A DNA stretch of 20,000 bases from an uncultured virus (IMG/VR IMGVR_UViG_3300042556_001362) (IMGVR_UViG_3300042556_001362); one strand, 5' to 3'. Counted from the first letter of the stretch, positions 8,919-16,911 are shown. Program-made: numbers and translations. Notes: generated from the sequence alone by a model not told the origin.

Positions 8919-8927
8919 GTAACACTA

Positions 8928-9479
8928 ATGAGAAACATTGAAAAAAAGGTTTGGTTGGGGTTACTATCTATCGTTGGCTTGGTTGCGCCTTTTAGCAATT
9001 CTGCTAATGCTTTAGATAATAATTTATTGACTAAACCATCCGTTGAAGCCGTTCCAGCCCCTACAGGGGCTTTTCTGGTTTCTAAGGAGAGTATATTAAA
9101 AAAATATGAAAATGCTCATAAATTAACTGATAGCCAGTTAGTTGACCTATTGAAGGCTATAGGGTTTAAAGGTGATAAATTAAGAACAGCATGTGCAATT
9201 GCAAAGGCTGAATCTAATGGAAGACCTTTTGCTTTTAATGGCAACTCAGAAACTGGAGATAGTTCTTATGGAGTATTTCAAATAAACATGATAGGAAAAC
9301 TGGGTCCTGATCGTAGAGAAAAATTCGATCTTGACTCTAACGTTGAATTATTTAACCCAGTTACTAATTCACAAATAACATTTCACATGACTAAGGGTGG
9401 TAAAGATTGGTCAGCATGGAGTTCTGTGAACGGACCACGGTACCAAGAATGGTACAACAAGTATCCATGTAAAGCGTAA
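8928..9479 (+). CDS. Secreted lysozyme-like / lytic transglycosylase (SLT-type) muralytic protein
   Basis: AAGGAGG RBS then ATG 8928. Signal peptide ending in ANA. Catalytic AKAESNG, SYGVFQIN, LFNPxxN, GxDWSAW motifs. Confidence 0.88.
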   Translation: MRNIEKKVWLGLLSIVGLVAPFSNSANALDNNLLTKPSVEAVPAPTGAFLVSKESILKKYENAHKLTDSQLVDLLKAIGFKGDKLRTACAIAKAESNGRPFAFNGNSETGDSSYGVFQINMIGKLGPDRREKFDLDSNVELFNPVTNSQITFHMTKGGKDWSAWSSVNGPRYQEWYNKYPCKA

Positions 9480-9496
9480 AGATTAAATATAAAAAT

Positions 9497-9527
9497 ACCC
9501 TCCTTGCTTTTGGTTTGGAGGGTTTTT
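9497..9527. terminator. Probable bidirectional intrinsic terminator between convergent genes
   Basis: ACCCTCC (9497-9503) / GGAGGGT (9517-9523) stem, with AAAAA before and TTTT after. Confidence 0.65.
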
Positions 9528-10482
9528 ATTTGTCTCGTCTTGGAGGCATCCCAAGAGATCTATGTTCTACAAATACGTGCGAAACATAATTTGGAATAAA
9601 CTCTAAATATTTTGTGTCTATTCCAGACTCTATAAAAAACGCAGAAACTTTTTCTTTTGGAACGTCTAGTTGTCCAGACATCAACATAGAAAGCCTGTTA
9701 GTTGATTCTTCAACATGTTTCCAATAAGGTTCTTTTCTGTCGTCTGCCCAAGGTCTAAGGATTTCTCTTGTTACCGAACCGTTTGCTTGACGGTGTGACT
9801 GATTATGAAAAACATCTCTTGTTCCAATAGAGTATATTTTCCAATTTTTTGCATAAGTTCTTAATGATAAAGCAAACTCTTCTGTGTTAAAAGATTCTTC
9901 ATCATTAATTCCAACTTCGTTAACCCATTTTTTAGGTGCAAAAAGATAACAACATGTTGCCCAATATGAACGCACAACTTGATCTATTTCTAATACACTG
10001 TATCCTGGAAATTTAAAGCCTGGAATTAATTCAGCAAAAAAAGAACCGTACATGGATGATTTGACTATTGCATCAAGATTAATTGCACCGCTTGGCATTA
10101 TTTCGTAATCTGCTGGGGCATAACAAATAATAAAATTTTCATCATTAATTTTTAGTTTTTCATATCTTTCAATAGCCATTACATCCCAACCTGGAGATGC
10201 ATGTGTGTGTGAATCAAACTGTATAAAATAATCATATTCAATATCTACCTGTGTTGCTAATTCTCTAGCCCAACAAACTCCACCTCTATATTCTGATAAA
10301 TCAAAATGTCTATAAAATAATTGTTTGTTTGGTATAAAAGATAAGTTATATTGTTTATTATCTTCTGACACAATAGAAAAATACAATTCTTTTTTATTTT
10401 TTGCTTGACTCCACAAAGAAAATATTGTTGAATAAAACTCTGGATCACAATAATTTACAACACTGACTAATAGTTTTTTCAT
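9526..10482 (-). CDS. GT-A glycosyltransferase resembling GT60/Gnt1 (Skp1-hydroxyproline GlcNAc transferase) family
   Basis: LLVSVVNYCDPE..TI.SL..QAKN, GVCWAR, DYFIQFDSH...GWD, EEFALSLR..W.IY, VFH motifs. TAATG-coupled to the upstream oxygenase. Confidence 0.78.
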   Translation of the reverse strand: MKKLLVSVVNYCDPEFYSTIFSLWSQAKNKKELYFSIVSEDNKQYNLSFIPNKQLFYRHFDLSEYRGGVCWARELATQVDIEYDYFIQFDSHTHASPGWDVMAIERYEKLKINDENFIICYAPADYEIMPSGAINLDAIVKSSMYGSFFAELIPGFKFPGYSVLEIDQVVRSYWATCCYLFAPKKWVNEVGINDEESFNTEEFALSLRTYAKNWKIYSIGTRDVFHNQSHRQANGSVTREILRPWADDRKEPYWKHVEESTNRLSMLMSGQLDVPKEKVSAFFIESGIDTKYLEFIPNYVSHVFVEHRSLGMPPRRDK

Positions 10483-11039
10483 TATTTATTTCTTATTTTT
10501 GTATATAAATACTGTGGACCTTCAGTAAAAAACCAATGGTTTGGCTCTACATAAAAAAAGAAAGCATTTGCAACTAAATTTGTTTCTGGATTAGGAAAAT
10601 CTAGCCTCCAGTGCTCTTGATCATTTCCATAAGATATTACCATGTCGTTTTCTTCTGGCTGAAACCTTTTTCCCTCTACATAAAAATCCCAGGGTGTTTT
10701 ATGAAAAATAGTATAATTCATATGATATGTACAAGCATTATCGTCTTTATGTTTCCACAGTTTTGCTTTATTGGTTTCATAAATACTTATAAGAGACCAT
10801 GATGGCAAAAGAGTTTCTGATTCAAACTGTTCTTTTGCTAGTGGTAGCAACATTTCATGAAATTTCTTTAATGGTTTTATATTTTCTTTAGGATCCCCTT
10901 CCCAGATTGTCCACTGATGTCTTCCAAAACTTTCATCAAAGGTAGTTTTGTCTGTTGACCACAAATACATAGCAAGATTTTGTAATTCTTTATGCTCTTT
11001 TTCTGGAAAAATAGTTTTTAACAAATATGGAGATTTCAT
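10482..11039 (-). CDS. 2OG-Fe(II) oxygenase (phage P4H-like)
   Basis: LWKHKDDNAC (HxD), GNDQEHWR (distal H and R), FFFYV. Confidence 0.8.
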   Translation of the reverse strand: MKSPYLLKTIFPEKEHKELQNLAMYLWSTDKTTFDESFGRHQWTIWEGDPKENIKPLKKFHEMLLPLAKEQFESETLLPSWSLISIYETNKAKLWKHKDDNACTYHMNYTIFHKTPWDFYVEGKRFQPEENDMVISYGNDQEHWRLDFPNPETNLVANAFFFYVEPNHWFFTEGPQYLYTKIRNK

Positions 11040-11040
11040 G

Positions 11041-11274
11041 CTACCAATTACCTATTGGACATGCTGCCTTTTCTAACTTTGTTTTTGCTGCCATAAAACA
11101 CCCACATTTTTTGCACTGTTTTGTTAATTTTATTAATTCTGGACATTCCATACATATTGAATATCTGTTATTAGATATTTCTTCAGAAACATAATCTTTT
11201 AAATTAACAAGGTGCCAAGGTCTAGTATCTCCAAGATTTTTTTTATATTTTTTCCAAGCAGATTCTTTTTCCAT
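11041..11274 (-). CDS. Small Cys-rich metal-binding protein (DUF6171-like)
   Basis: RYSICMECP...QCKKCGCFMxxKTxLxxAxCPIGxW; paralogue of 17062..17259. Confidence 0.8.
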   Translation of the reverse strand: MEKESAWKKYKKNLGDTRPWHLVNLKDYVSEEISNNRYSICMECPELIKLTKQCKKCGCFMAAKTKLEKAACPIGNW

Positions 11275-11281
11275 TAAACAA

Positions 11282-11491
11282 TTACCCCTCTATAAAATTA
11301 TTACCGTCCCATGTCCAACCTACTTTAACATCTAAGTCTGAAGGTATTTCTACTATTTTTGGATCAGACTGAAAACCCGCAATAAGTCTTTCTCCAGCGC
11401 TTGAATCTTCATTTGTGCTAAACTCACTATCTATTGTAAGTATTGAAAATATATCTCCATCAACAATCCCTGCAAATTTTTTAATTGCCAT
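11282..11491 (-). CDS. Small protein with C-terminal GWTWDG motif (tail-fibre chaperone-like)
   Basis: 69 aa, AAGGAG RBS, TGATATACT upstream. Confidence 0.7.
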   Translation of the reverse strand: MAIKKFAGIVDGDIFSILTIDSEFSTNEDSSAGERLIAGFQSDPKIVEIPSDLDVKVGWTWDGNNFIEG

Positions 11492-11518
11492 ATACTTCTC
11501 CTTTTATGTTTAAGTATA

Positions 11519-12067
11519 TCATGCTATACAAATTCCGTTAACCCAACTTCCACCCTGGTTACACTGACAATTAAAGCATGCAGCATTTCCACTACAACCA
11601 TCGGCACATGGTGGTGGTGTTGGTGCAGGTGGAGTTGGTGTTGGTGCAGGTGGAGTTGGTGTTGGTGCAGGTGGAGTTGGTGTTGGTGCAGGTGGTGTTG
11701 GAGTTGGTGCAGGTGGAGTTGGGAAGGATGGGAAAAATGGTGGTGTTGGTACTGGGGCAACTGGTGTAACTTGATTACTTGATGATGAAAAGTCAGAATC
11801 TAAAACAGTATTACTTAACTTTACTGTAAATGTATATGCAGTTCCATTTGATAATCCAGTAACTACAATTGGTGATCCAGATCCAGTTTGTGAAATTGAA
11901 CTAGGAGATGAAACTACTGTATAAGTTAAAGAAGAATCTGGTTTACCCAAATATGTTGGTGCTGTAAATGTTACAGACGCTTGCCCATCACCAGCGGTTG
12001 CGGTTCCAATTGTTGGTGTTCCTGGTTTACGACCAGCAGATGATAATACGGGTCCTAGTCTTGACAT
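11519..12067 (-). CDS. FN3 protein with PPFFPSFP + (PTPPAPT)5 tail and Cys-rich C-terminal knob
   Basis: Start corrected to ATG 12067 (TAATG overlap). PGTPTIGTATAG...VTGLSNGTAYTFTV. Six Cys in the last ~30 aa. Confidence 0.85.
   Translation of the reverse strand: MSRLGPVLSSAGRKPGTPTIGTATAGDGQASVTFTAPTYLGKPDSSLTYTVVSSPSSISQTGSGSPIVVTGLSNGTAYTFTVKLSNTVLDSDFSSSSNQVTPVAPVPTPPFFPSFPTPPAPTPTPPAPTPTPPAPTPTPPAPTPTPPAPTPPPCADGCSGNAACFNCQCNQGGSWVNGICIA
11609..11723. repeat. Coding 21-nt tandem repeat (5 copies)
   Basis: GGTGTTGGTGCAGGTGGAGTT units; encode PTPPAPT on the minus strand. Confidence 0.92.
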
Positions 12068-12789
12068 TATGCAACTAAGTCTCCAAGAACAACCCAAGAG
12101 TCGGTGGCACGTTTAATACATACGGCAGATGACCATTGTGCTCTTAATTTTAATCCTGGAGTTCCATTTACCGTCGTTGTTCCACCATCTGTTGCTGCTA
12201 TTGTTACTTGTCCAGAGGTAGTTTGAAGAATTGTAATTTGTGCACCAACTGCAAAGGCTTGCGCTGCATTTGTTGGAATTGACAATGTTGATGAAGTTGA
12301 CATTTCAACCATTTTTCCATTATCAGAAAGCACAAGTGTATAAGAAGATCCTTGTTGATTTATTGAAATGTTTATAACTGGGGCAGTCAATGTTTTATTA
12401 GTTAGTGTTGCGGTGTTAGTAAGAGTAACATCTGGGGCTGTCCAGGCTAAGCCTGATGCCGTTGCAGAGTTGGCTGTTAAAACCGTTCCATTACTTCCAA
12501 CAGATAAAATAGAAAGTGTATCATTTGCTGAGGCAGAAAGTAGGTCACCTTTAGCAGCAAAGTCTGTTGCTTTTAATGTTGATCCAATGTCAATAGCAGT
12601 TATTTGACTTTGTAAATTATTAATTGTGTAAGCAATAGATGGGTTTACTAAAGAACCTTCAGAAGCATTTGCGGGGTTATAATTTTCGTCGCCATAATGA
12701 TATAGGCGTAAGGCTGCTTGAATATCGGCAGCGTTGGACAATCCTGGAATTTTAGTTGGTACTAATGTACCTATCGATTCTGCTGCCAT
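12067..12789 (-). CDS. Short tail fibre protein sharing its C-terminal domain with 2415..4511
   Basis: AKGDLL..SA...VG.NG.VLTA.S module. LTNKTLTAP.IN...YTLVLSD...KLRAQWSSA...WVVLGDL. Confidence 0.82.
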   Translation of the reverse strand: MAAESIGTLVPTKIPGLSNAADIQAALRLYHYGDENYNPANASEGSLVNPSIAYTINNLQSQITAIDIGSTLKATDFAAKGDLLSASANDTLSILSVGSNGTVLTANSATASGLAWTAPDVTLTNTATLTNKTLTAPVINISINQQGSSYTLVLSDNGKMVEMSTSSTLSIPTNAAQAFAVGAQITILQTTSGQVTIAATDGGTTTVNGTPGLKLRAQWSSAVCIKRATDSWVVLGDLVA

Positions 12790-12826
12790 ATATCACCTCT
12801 CTAGAATTATATCACAAAGATATAGT

Positions 12827-13426
12827 TTAAGATTCTTCATCCACTCCAATTATAGTTATATGTAAGTGTGTCGTTACTTGACCTTCCAGTACCGCCCAAT
12901 CACCATACGGGCCAGAATCAACATCTGTTCTATGTTCAACTGCCTTAAAGTTTATTACTAAATCTTCTCCGTCCCCGACAAGTGCGGGTATGCTCATAGA
13001 AGAAGCAACTGGATTATCATTTACAATATTATATTGAACACTAAAATTTTCAGCAACTAATGGTGTAGCGGTAAGAGTAACGATGTCTGAAATTGGAATA
13101 GTTATAGAAGCCTCTCCGCCAGAGTAGGTAGTTAAAAAATTTTTAGAATAAATTGTTGGGTTTAATTCTAAAATCTCAATCCAAGTTTCTGCTCCAGGTT
13201 GTGAGACATATTGGTATAGATATCCATAATCTGCACCTGGTGATGTATTAATATACAAATCATTTAATCTTGGTTCTTGCCCAATCTCAATAACATTTGG
13301 ATCGCCAACACCAACAAATATTTGACTGCCTCTAGTTCCCGTTGCACCAATATCTGTTAAAAGTTCTATAGTTTCTGGGGGGCCTAAAACTGTAATGTCA
13401 TCGTTATCTAATAAAACATCAGGCAT
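12827..13426 (-). CDS. Hypothetical virion/baseplate-associated protein
   Basis: 199 aa, acidic, TAATG-coupled, GxRGS..F.G.GDP motif. Confidence 0.75.
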   Translation of the reverse strand: MPDVLLDNDDITVLGPPETIELLTDIGATGTRGSQIFVGVGDPNVIEIGQEPRLNDLYINTSPGADYGYLYQYVSQPGAETWIEILELNPTIYSKNFLTTYSGGEASITIPISDIVTLTATPLVAENFSVQYNIVNDNPVASSMSIPALVGDGEDLVINFKAVEHRTDVDSGPYGDWAVLEGQVTTHLHITIIGVDEES

Positions 13427-13779
13427 TACGCTGCACCTGTAATATCGTTTGTTACTGTAATTGATCCAGTTAACAATGTGTAAACTTGTGTTCCGTTTGT
13501 AATCTGAACGTCATAAACATATGTTCCAGCGCTAAGTAAATTACCTCCTGCAGGAGTTATAGTACAAGTAACAATATCGGTTGTTGCATTTACGACCGCA
13601 GTCATTCCTTGAGCGTTTGAATATTGGGTAGCGCCAGGTAGGCGAAAATTTGCAATTGTAAAAATAGCGGTATAGTTTAATAAATCAAAAGCCTCACCAT
13701 TTGCCGTCTTAGGGCGAATAACAAATTGAGATGTGTCGCCACGGTAGTAATTAAAATTATAAGTTCCTGGAAATGCCAT
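13426..13779 (-). CDS. BppU-like baseplate/adaptor protein
   Basis: YYRGDT...AGTYVYDVQI...TLLTGSITV. AGGAGG RBS with TGGTATAAT upstream. Confidence 0.75.
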   Translation of the reverse strand: MAFPGTYNFNYYRGDTSQFVIRPKTANGEAFDLLNYTAIFTIANFRLPGATQYSNAQGMTAVVNATTDIVTCTITPAGGNLLSAGTYVYDVQITNGTQVYTLLTGSITVTNDITGAA

Positions 13780-13803
13780 TATTCCTCCTGATCCATTATA
13801 CCA

Positions 13804-14535
13804 TTATGATACTGCTATATGTATGCCTTTTAAAGTAAAAGACCCCTCATTATCTGTTCTTATTTGAGGTATACCACCATAGTTTTTAATTTTGTCACTA
13901 TTTATAAAAATGGTTTGAGAATAAGAAAGGTCGTATTGATATTGATATTTTAACAATCCTACATATCCTATTGGAGATAATTCTTCATCTTTTAAAAGGG
14001 TTCTTATCCAGACCTCTGTGTTATTTGAATAGGTCTCTAAACAAAAATCATATCTCACTTCCACTTTTGATCCTACTTTAAGTGTTTTTAAGTTAATATT
14101 TTTTGCTACTTCATTTAATAAAGAAACTGATTTGTTTGGAAGATATGTTTCAATGGTTTGGCTATTATCTATGTCTAAGAAAAAAGAAACCCAGCCATCT
14201 TCTCCTCTTTCTGGACCAACTTTAAAAGTTCCTATTTTTTTACTAGCATAATATGCCCAACCAGGATATTGTCCAGATGGGCTATCGTAGCCCTCAGCAC
14301 CTTTGCCAGGATCTCCTTTTTCACCTTTGGGACCAATGGGACCTATATCACCTTTGGGGCCTTTGGGACCTTCTGGACCTACATCACCCCTATCTCCTTT
14401 TTGACCAGTCTCACCCTTTTCTCCCTGTATTCCAGGAACGGCAACATACTGAACTCCAGTACTATGAGTTTCTTGTATTGTTTCTGAATATTTTTTCTTT
14501 TTTATATTAACTGGAAAATCCATGCTTTTAGCCAT
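13804..14535 (-). CDS. Collagen-like (Gly-X-Y) virion protein
   Basis: About 15 consecutive GXY triplets (GIQGEKGET...GDPGKG) followed by a globular domain. Confidence 0.85.
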   Translation of the reverse strand: MAKSMDFPVNIKKKKYSETIQETHSTGVQYVAVPGIQGEKGETGQKGDRGDVGPEGPKGPKGDIGPIGPKGEKGDPGKGAEGYDSPSGQYPGWAYYASKKIGTFKVGPERGEDGWVSFFLDIDNSQTIETYLPNKSVSLLNEVAKNINLKTLKVGSKVEVRYDFCLETYSNNTEVWIRTLLKDEELSPIGYVGLLKYQYQYDLSYSQTIFINSDKIKNYGGIPQIRTDNEGSFTLKGIHIAVS

Positions 14536-14543
14536 GGAAACCT

Positions 14544-14630
14544 CTACTTCTTAACTTTAAATACTTTTGCCCCAATTTTTATAACTGGTGCAAGATTATC
14601 TTTTTTGGCTGATACTTTTACTATTGGCAT
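14544..14630 (-). CDS. Tiny basic protein (28 aa)
   Basis: MPIVKVSAKKDNLAPVIKIGAKVFKVKK; TAATG-coupled and fills the intergenic gap. Confidence 0.6.
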   Translation of the reverse strand: MPIVKVSAKKDNLAPVIKIGAKVFKVKK

Positions 14631-15031
14631 TATAAACCTGGAGTTACATTTCCTAAAACACAGATAGTTCCAATTACTGGTGTCCAGACTGTATCTGCAT
14701 CTTCTCCGCTACCGCCTTCAATTACGACCTGTAAGTCAAACTGTAGTTCCGCTACAACTGAGCGGTATTTATTAGCACCCCAGTTTGTAGTAATAGATGC
14801 TGGAGCAAAAATCTCTACATAGCCATCATCGGCTATAGTTGTTAGTTCATCTAGGATATCGCCATTAGAGTCATAAGAGGTTGCGCTAAAGGTCCAAGAT
14901 GAGGTGTCATAAGGAGTGGTCTCGTCATCTTCAAAAAACTCTACTTTAAGGGTTGCGCTATCTCCACGGACTACTGTCCATTGAATGTTGGCTGGTGTAG
15001 CACCGTGTTTTTCAATTGTGGATACGCACAT
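14630..15031 (-). CDS. BppU-like baseplate/adaptor protein
   Basis: IQWTVVRGDS...FDLQV...VWTPVIGTI; paralogue of 7854..8264. Confidence 0.75.
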   Translation of the reverse strand: MCVSTIEKHGATPANIQWTVVRGDSATLKVEFFEDDETTPYDTSSWTFSATSYDSNGDILDELTTIADDGYVEIFAPASITTNWGANKYRSVVAELQFDLQVVIEGGSGEDADTVWTPVIGTICVLGNVTPGL

Positions 15032-15055
15032 AATATTTGATTATACCATAAAATA

Positions 15056-15106
15056 TGCTAAACACCTAGGCGCAGTGGGGGGGTGGGGGCAACCTAGGTG
15101 CTAGCA
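15056..15106 (-). ncRNA. Candidate small RNA/hairpin with C-rich loop
   Basis: Minus strand reads TGCTAGCACCTAGG-ttgcccccacccccccactgcg-CCTAGGTGTTTAGCA, then TATTTT. TGTTATAAT lies just upstream (15112-15120). Confidence 0.45.
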
Positions 15107-15313
15107 ATCAAATTATAACATTATATATTATCAAAATAGTACAATTGTAACAAATCGTTATAAACCAGACATATAAAAAATTGTTATAAAGTTGTTATAA
15201 AGTTTAGCGGTAAAGTTCGAAAAATCCAGGAGTTATAGTGTATACTTAAAATATATAAAGAAAAGAATATACTGTAAATAAGTTTTTAAGATATCTTTAT
15301 ATATAATATATAG

Positions 15314-15538
15314 TTACTTAGAATGATCTTTTAAATGCTCAACCATAAGGTCGAAAATTTTTTCAGTTTTACTTTCTAATCTGGTAATTTGATCTTTCAT
15401 CGACGAGCCATTATTGGGTTTAATTTCGTAAATAATATCTTCTACGTATTTTTTAATAATCCATCTAACTCCGATTGCAACAACTCCGACTATTGATAGT
15501 AGCGTTAAAATTAATCCAGCCCAGTCTTGTGGAGTCAT
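15314..15538 (-). CDS. Small membrane protein with one TM helix and coiled coil (holin-like)
   Basis: WAGLILTLLSIVGVVAIGVRW then EIKPNNGSSMKDQITRLE. Leaderless, 7 nt after TGTTATAAT. Confidence 0.75.
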   Translation of the reverse strand: MTPQDWAGLILTLLSIVGVVAIGVRWIIKKYVEDIIYEIKPNNGSSMKDQITRLESKTEKIFDLMVEHLKDHSK

Positions 15539-15688
15539 GAGTATAATTATAACATTAATTTTTTATATTTCGGCGGGAAACAACAAAGCCGAAAATAGAG
15601 ATGCCAAACCTCCTACCAACTCTAATGTATGCTACGCATACAAGTATGTTGCAATATGTGTATTAACTCTATATGTGGCTACAATGGT

Positions 15689-15717
15689 TTGCAATTTAAA
15701 AGTTTTTCTGATATAAT
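15689..15717 (+). promoter_or_regulatory. Sigma70/SigA-type promoter
   Basis: TTGCAA-17 nt-TATAAT with TG extension. Confidence 0.65.
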
Positions 15718-15746
15718 TATATTCAAATACCTAGGGGGTAAAAAAA

Positions 15747-15941
15747 ATGTCAACAGACAAGGCTACATTTATTAATTTAATGATCAATAGCATCAATCAG
15801 GATAATCGTGATATTTGTCAAAGAGGCGGTATGGCAAATGATGAAATTGAAAAATCAATCGAACAAAGTCAACCATCATTAGCATATATGGCTGAAAACC
15901 TTTATAATAGACTAGTTGAAGGTAAAATACTAAAAGATTAA
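15747..15941 (+). CDS. Hypothetical protein
   Basis: 64 aa, AGGGGG RBS, own promoter. Confidence 0.75.
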   Translation: MSTDKATFINLMINSINQDNRDICQRGGMANDEIEKSIEQSQPSLAYMAENLYNRLVEGKILKD

Positions 15942-15942
15942 C

Positions 15943-16056
15943 TTATTCTAGTTCGTCAAGAGCAATTGGTGGGACAGATGAATGTAAAACTTCACAAATA
16001 CATTTGTCGCAGCACTGCTTTGGCGGGTCATTGCTTGTAACTTGGTCATCGCTCAT
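15943..16056 (-). CDS. Tiny Cys-rich protein (37 aa, CCxxCxC)
   Basis: MSDDQVTSNDPPKQCCDKCICEVLHSSVPPIALDELE; ATGA overlap with the JmjC gene stop. Confidence 0.5.
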   Translation of the reverse strand: MSDDQVTSNDPPKQCCDKCICEVLHSSVPPIALDELE

Positions 16057-16655
16057 AGTATACCTATTTTATCACTTTTTAAATGACCAAGTCCAAATGA
16101 AATTCCTGCACGAGGAGATTTAGGCAAAACGCTATGTTTTTTCTTAAATGGGCAAAAAACCATATCTCCTTCTTCTAAAAGAAAGGTGTATTCTATTTCT
16201 TCTGTTTCATTGTTGTACATGCTCCATTCGGCTTTTCCACGTACCTGCCAACAAAATATGTTTGTAGGGTCATAATGAATGGTGTTACCAAGTAATTTAT
16301 TTGTAGCAAAAGTAATAAAAGATGGAATAGACTGTATTTCTCCTTCAAACGTACATGGATCAAATATGGTTAAAAGAGTATTTTTAATTGTTTCTACCGC
16401 CTTGATTCTTTCTGTGTTAAATAATTTAAAACCATATCCTGATTTAGCATATTTGTGCCAAGGATTATCAGCACGCTTCCATCCCTCATTATATTCAAGA
16501 TTATTTTCTATAGCATAGTTAAAGTCTTCATCAATTAATGTGAGAAGTTCATCCCAAGTAACATCAAATGGGATTTTTTCTTCAAGTTTAAAAGGTTTTT
16601 GATTTATGTAATTATCTATATATTCTGGTTTTAAAAGAAAATCTAACTCTTTCAT
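16053..16655 (-). CDS. JmjC/cupin-type 2OG-Fe(II) oxygenase
   Basis: IHYDP.NIFCWQVRGKAEW...LEEGDMVFCP...HSV...RAGISFG. Confidence 0.82.
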   Translation of the reverse strand: MKELDFLLKPEYIDNYINQKPFKLEEKIPFDVTWDELLTLIDEDFNYAIENNLEYNEGWKRADNPWHKYAKSGYGFKLFNTERIKAVETIKNTLLTIFDPCTFEGEIQSIPSFITFATNKLLGNTIHYDPTNIFCWQVRGKAEWSMYNNETEEIEYTFLLEEGDMVFCPFKKKHSVLPKSPRAGISFGLGHLKSDKIGIL

Positions 16656-16750
16656 TTTCTATGCCATTTTTTAGAATTTTTAGATTGTAACTTTGCAACT
16701 AGCAAAAGTCCCAATATGGCCAAAACAGAAAACATTAGTTCCTTTATCAT
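16652..16750 (-). CDS. Tiny membrane peptide (32 aa)
   Basis: MIKELMFSVLAILGLLLVAKLQSKNSKKWHRK; ATGA overlaps on both sides. Confidence 0.55.
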   Translation of the reverse strand: MIKELMFSVLAILGLLLVAKLQSKNSKKWHRK

Positions 16751-16911
16751 TTCTTATCATCCTTTACGTATGGTTTTAATATATCCCAGTGTCCTTTGGG
16801 ATTTCCTTGATATACCTGCCCAGTTTCTCTATCTATTAATAGCCACTTTTCAGGTCTCTTTGTCTTTACCGTCAAAATTACTGCTTCGTCAAAAACCTTG
16901 TATTGGGTCAT
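16747..16911 (-). CDS. Small hypothetical protein (54 aa)
   Basis: MTQYKVFDEAVILTVKTKRPEKWLLIDRETGQVYQGNPKGHWDILKPYVKDDKK; ATGA-coupled. Confidence 0.7.
   Translation of the reverse strand: MTQYKVFDEAVILTVKTKRPEKWLLIDRETGQVYQGNPKGHWDILKPYVKDDKK

Noticed and set aside
8883..8927. Upstream ATG start, or a c-di-AMP riboswitch, for the muralytic gene
   Set aside because: ATG 8883 is only 2 nt from the -10 box while ATG 8928 has AAGGAGG. The ~40-nt leader is too short for that riboswitch.
11524..11769. His/Gln-rich and VELVLVQ ORFs
   Set aside because: Alternative frames of the 21-nt PTPPAPT repeat.
14290..14435. Collagen domain as the main prolyl-hydroxylase substrate
   Set aside because: Prolines are almost all in the X position (GPx), not the Y position used by canonical collagen P4H, and the gene is not adjacent to the oxygenases. 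Not excluded, but less supported.
15568..15641. tRNA or structured RNA around TTTCGGC...GCCGAAA and GTATGC...GCATAC
   Set aside because: Only short isolated hairpins; no cloverleaf, TTCRA arm or CCA end.
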